Shown: piece by piece, positions 62,716-64,000 of the stretch | Layout of the letters: each line of letters opens with the position of its first letter | Numbering within the stretch: position 1 is the stretch's first letter | Source of the DNA: Asterias rubens | Lineage: Eukaryota | Direction: 5' to 3' | Length of the DNA stretch: 64,000 nucleotides | NCBI RefSeq assembly: GCF_902459465.1 | Contig: NC_047076.1 | Coordinates: 9,176,001 to 9,240,000 of the forward strand | Made by a program: the position numbers and the translations under genes | Notes under the pieces: model-generated | Database searches by the model: none | Told to the model about the DNA's origin: nothing | Seen by the model: the letters and a program-made list of their open reading frames with translations, nothing else

Positions 62716-62804
62716 GTTCTAATCAGTTTCTTTCAATAAATTTGGTTGGGAAGCAGTATTTCATTAGGATGAAAAGAAATTTAGTTCCCTATTTCGTAAT
62801 GCTG

Positions 62805-63158
62805 TTAAAGACACTGGACACTATTGGTAATTGTCTAAGACCAGTCTTCTCACTTGGTGTATCTCAACATATGCATAAAATAAAAAACCTGTGAAAACTT
62901 GAGCTCAATTGGTTGTCGAAGTTGCGAGATAGTAATGAAAGAAAAAACACCCATGTCACACAAAGTTGTGTACTTTCAGATGCTTGATTTTGAGACCTCA
63001 AAATCTAATTGAGGTCTCGAAATCAAATTCGTCACTTCAGACGGAGCCGTTTCTCACAATGTTTTATATTATCAACAACTCTCCATTACTTGTTACCAAG
63101 TAAGGTTTTGTGCTGATAATTATTTTGAGTAATTACCAATAGTGTCCACTGCCTTTAA
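62805..63158. mobile_element. Kolobok/T2-like MITE, family A (partial copies also at about 6115-6440, 6695-6775, 23414-23520 and 34246-34530)
   Basis: TTAA flanks and TIRs. Confidence 0.85.
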
Positions 63159-64000
63159 TAAGAAAAAAAGGATGGTATACCTTTGTTGATAAGTCCACAA
63201 ATTAATGACAATAAAAATGTTTCTTGGTAAGAAGCGCTGCAGCTGTTGATAATGTGTAATATTTTGAGAAACACTTCCCTTCAAAGGAATGTGGTTTTAG
63301 AGATGGAGATGAACATAAACTTCAATTTGAGAAACGTTTCTGCATGAAATTTTTCTCAGATTGTGTATTTCAGTTATGGATCAGTCTTCCTGCATGGACA
63401 GAACCGCTCCATATTTTTGTCCATATGAAAACACTGCCACCTTTTGAAATGAAATATCAACAGGGTAGGTTTGTTGCATATTTATTTTAACTGTAGGATC
63501 AAAAAAATTGAACAGATCCATAATAAAAAAAGTAAACTTATACTTGTCCTTTGGTTTAAAGCTAAAAGTTTCTTTGGAAGCCATTTAGAGAAATCAGTGT
63601 TTGGAATTTTACGAAAAAATGTTTAGCAAAGTCTTAAAAACCATTAATTACTTCTCAAAAAGCAAGTTTGAGGTAAATATTTTTTAATGTAAGTAGGTAG
63701 ATATTCTCTGGGTACTGTAGCTGGGGTGAGCTTAAAAGTTTTGTTTTTGTGGGGAAATATTTTATCAAATTAAGAAATGCACTACTCTATCATGTCTATC
63801 GATTTGTCACAATGCTACAATTTTCCTCGAATGGAAATTTCAGGCTGTTTGTTGCAACGACCAAGTACATTGCTGCCCCAATGGTCACGTATGCAATGAC
63901 GCTACAAAAAAATGTGACAAGAAAATGGAGTCACTGCCGTGGAGTGAAAAACTGGATGCAGAAGAATCGACCACAGAGGTTTCAATCATTTTTTGTTGTT

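Overview
AT-rich animal genomic DNA. The repeat repertoire and gene content suggest an invertebrate deuterostome, probably an echinoderm or sea star; this is inference. The window holds three host genes and one large retrotransposon. (1) An Rnd-type atypical Rho GTPase on the minus strand: four coding exons at 24164-24039, 22219-22132, 9193-9084 and 4732-4598; the last exon was not found. (2) Head-to-head with it, an apparently domesticated chimeric transposon gene. The 884-aa ORF is really exon 1 (24835-27485), because its stop codon lies inside a GTAAGT donor. It splices in frame to 29149-30046, giving about 1182 aa: two catalytically dead Crypton tyrosine-recombinase (DUF3504-like) domains, a ZNF653/ZNF692-like helical module, and a dead PIF/Harbinger (ISL2EU-type) transposase. 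(3) A progranulin gene on the plus strand: a signal-peptide exon, six complete granulin modules (five are near-identical tandem exon-pair duplications) and a further half-module at 62602; it continues past the window. An intron of this gene holds a young, full-length 9.3-kb Gypsy LTR retrotransposon (52579-61903, minus strand; 218-bp LTRs with 2 mismatches, CTAT TSD, tRNA-Ser PBS). The element has a ComEA-like HhH motif at the Gag N-terminus, a UUUAAAC slippery site plus pseudoknot at gag-pol, and an extra TatD nuclease ORF where env would sit. The rest is MITEs (many TTAA-flanked, Kolobok-like), SINE fragments, a LINE 3' fragment and a Penelope-like inverted repeat. The two strongest novelty candidates are the Crypton-Harbinger fusion gene and the TatD/HhH-carrying Gypsy element.
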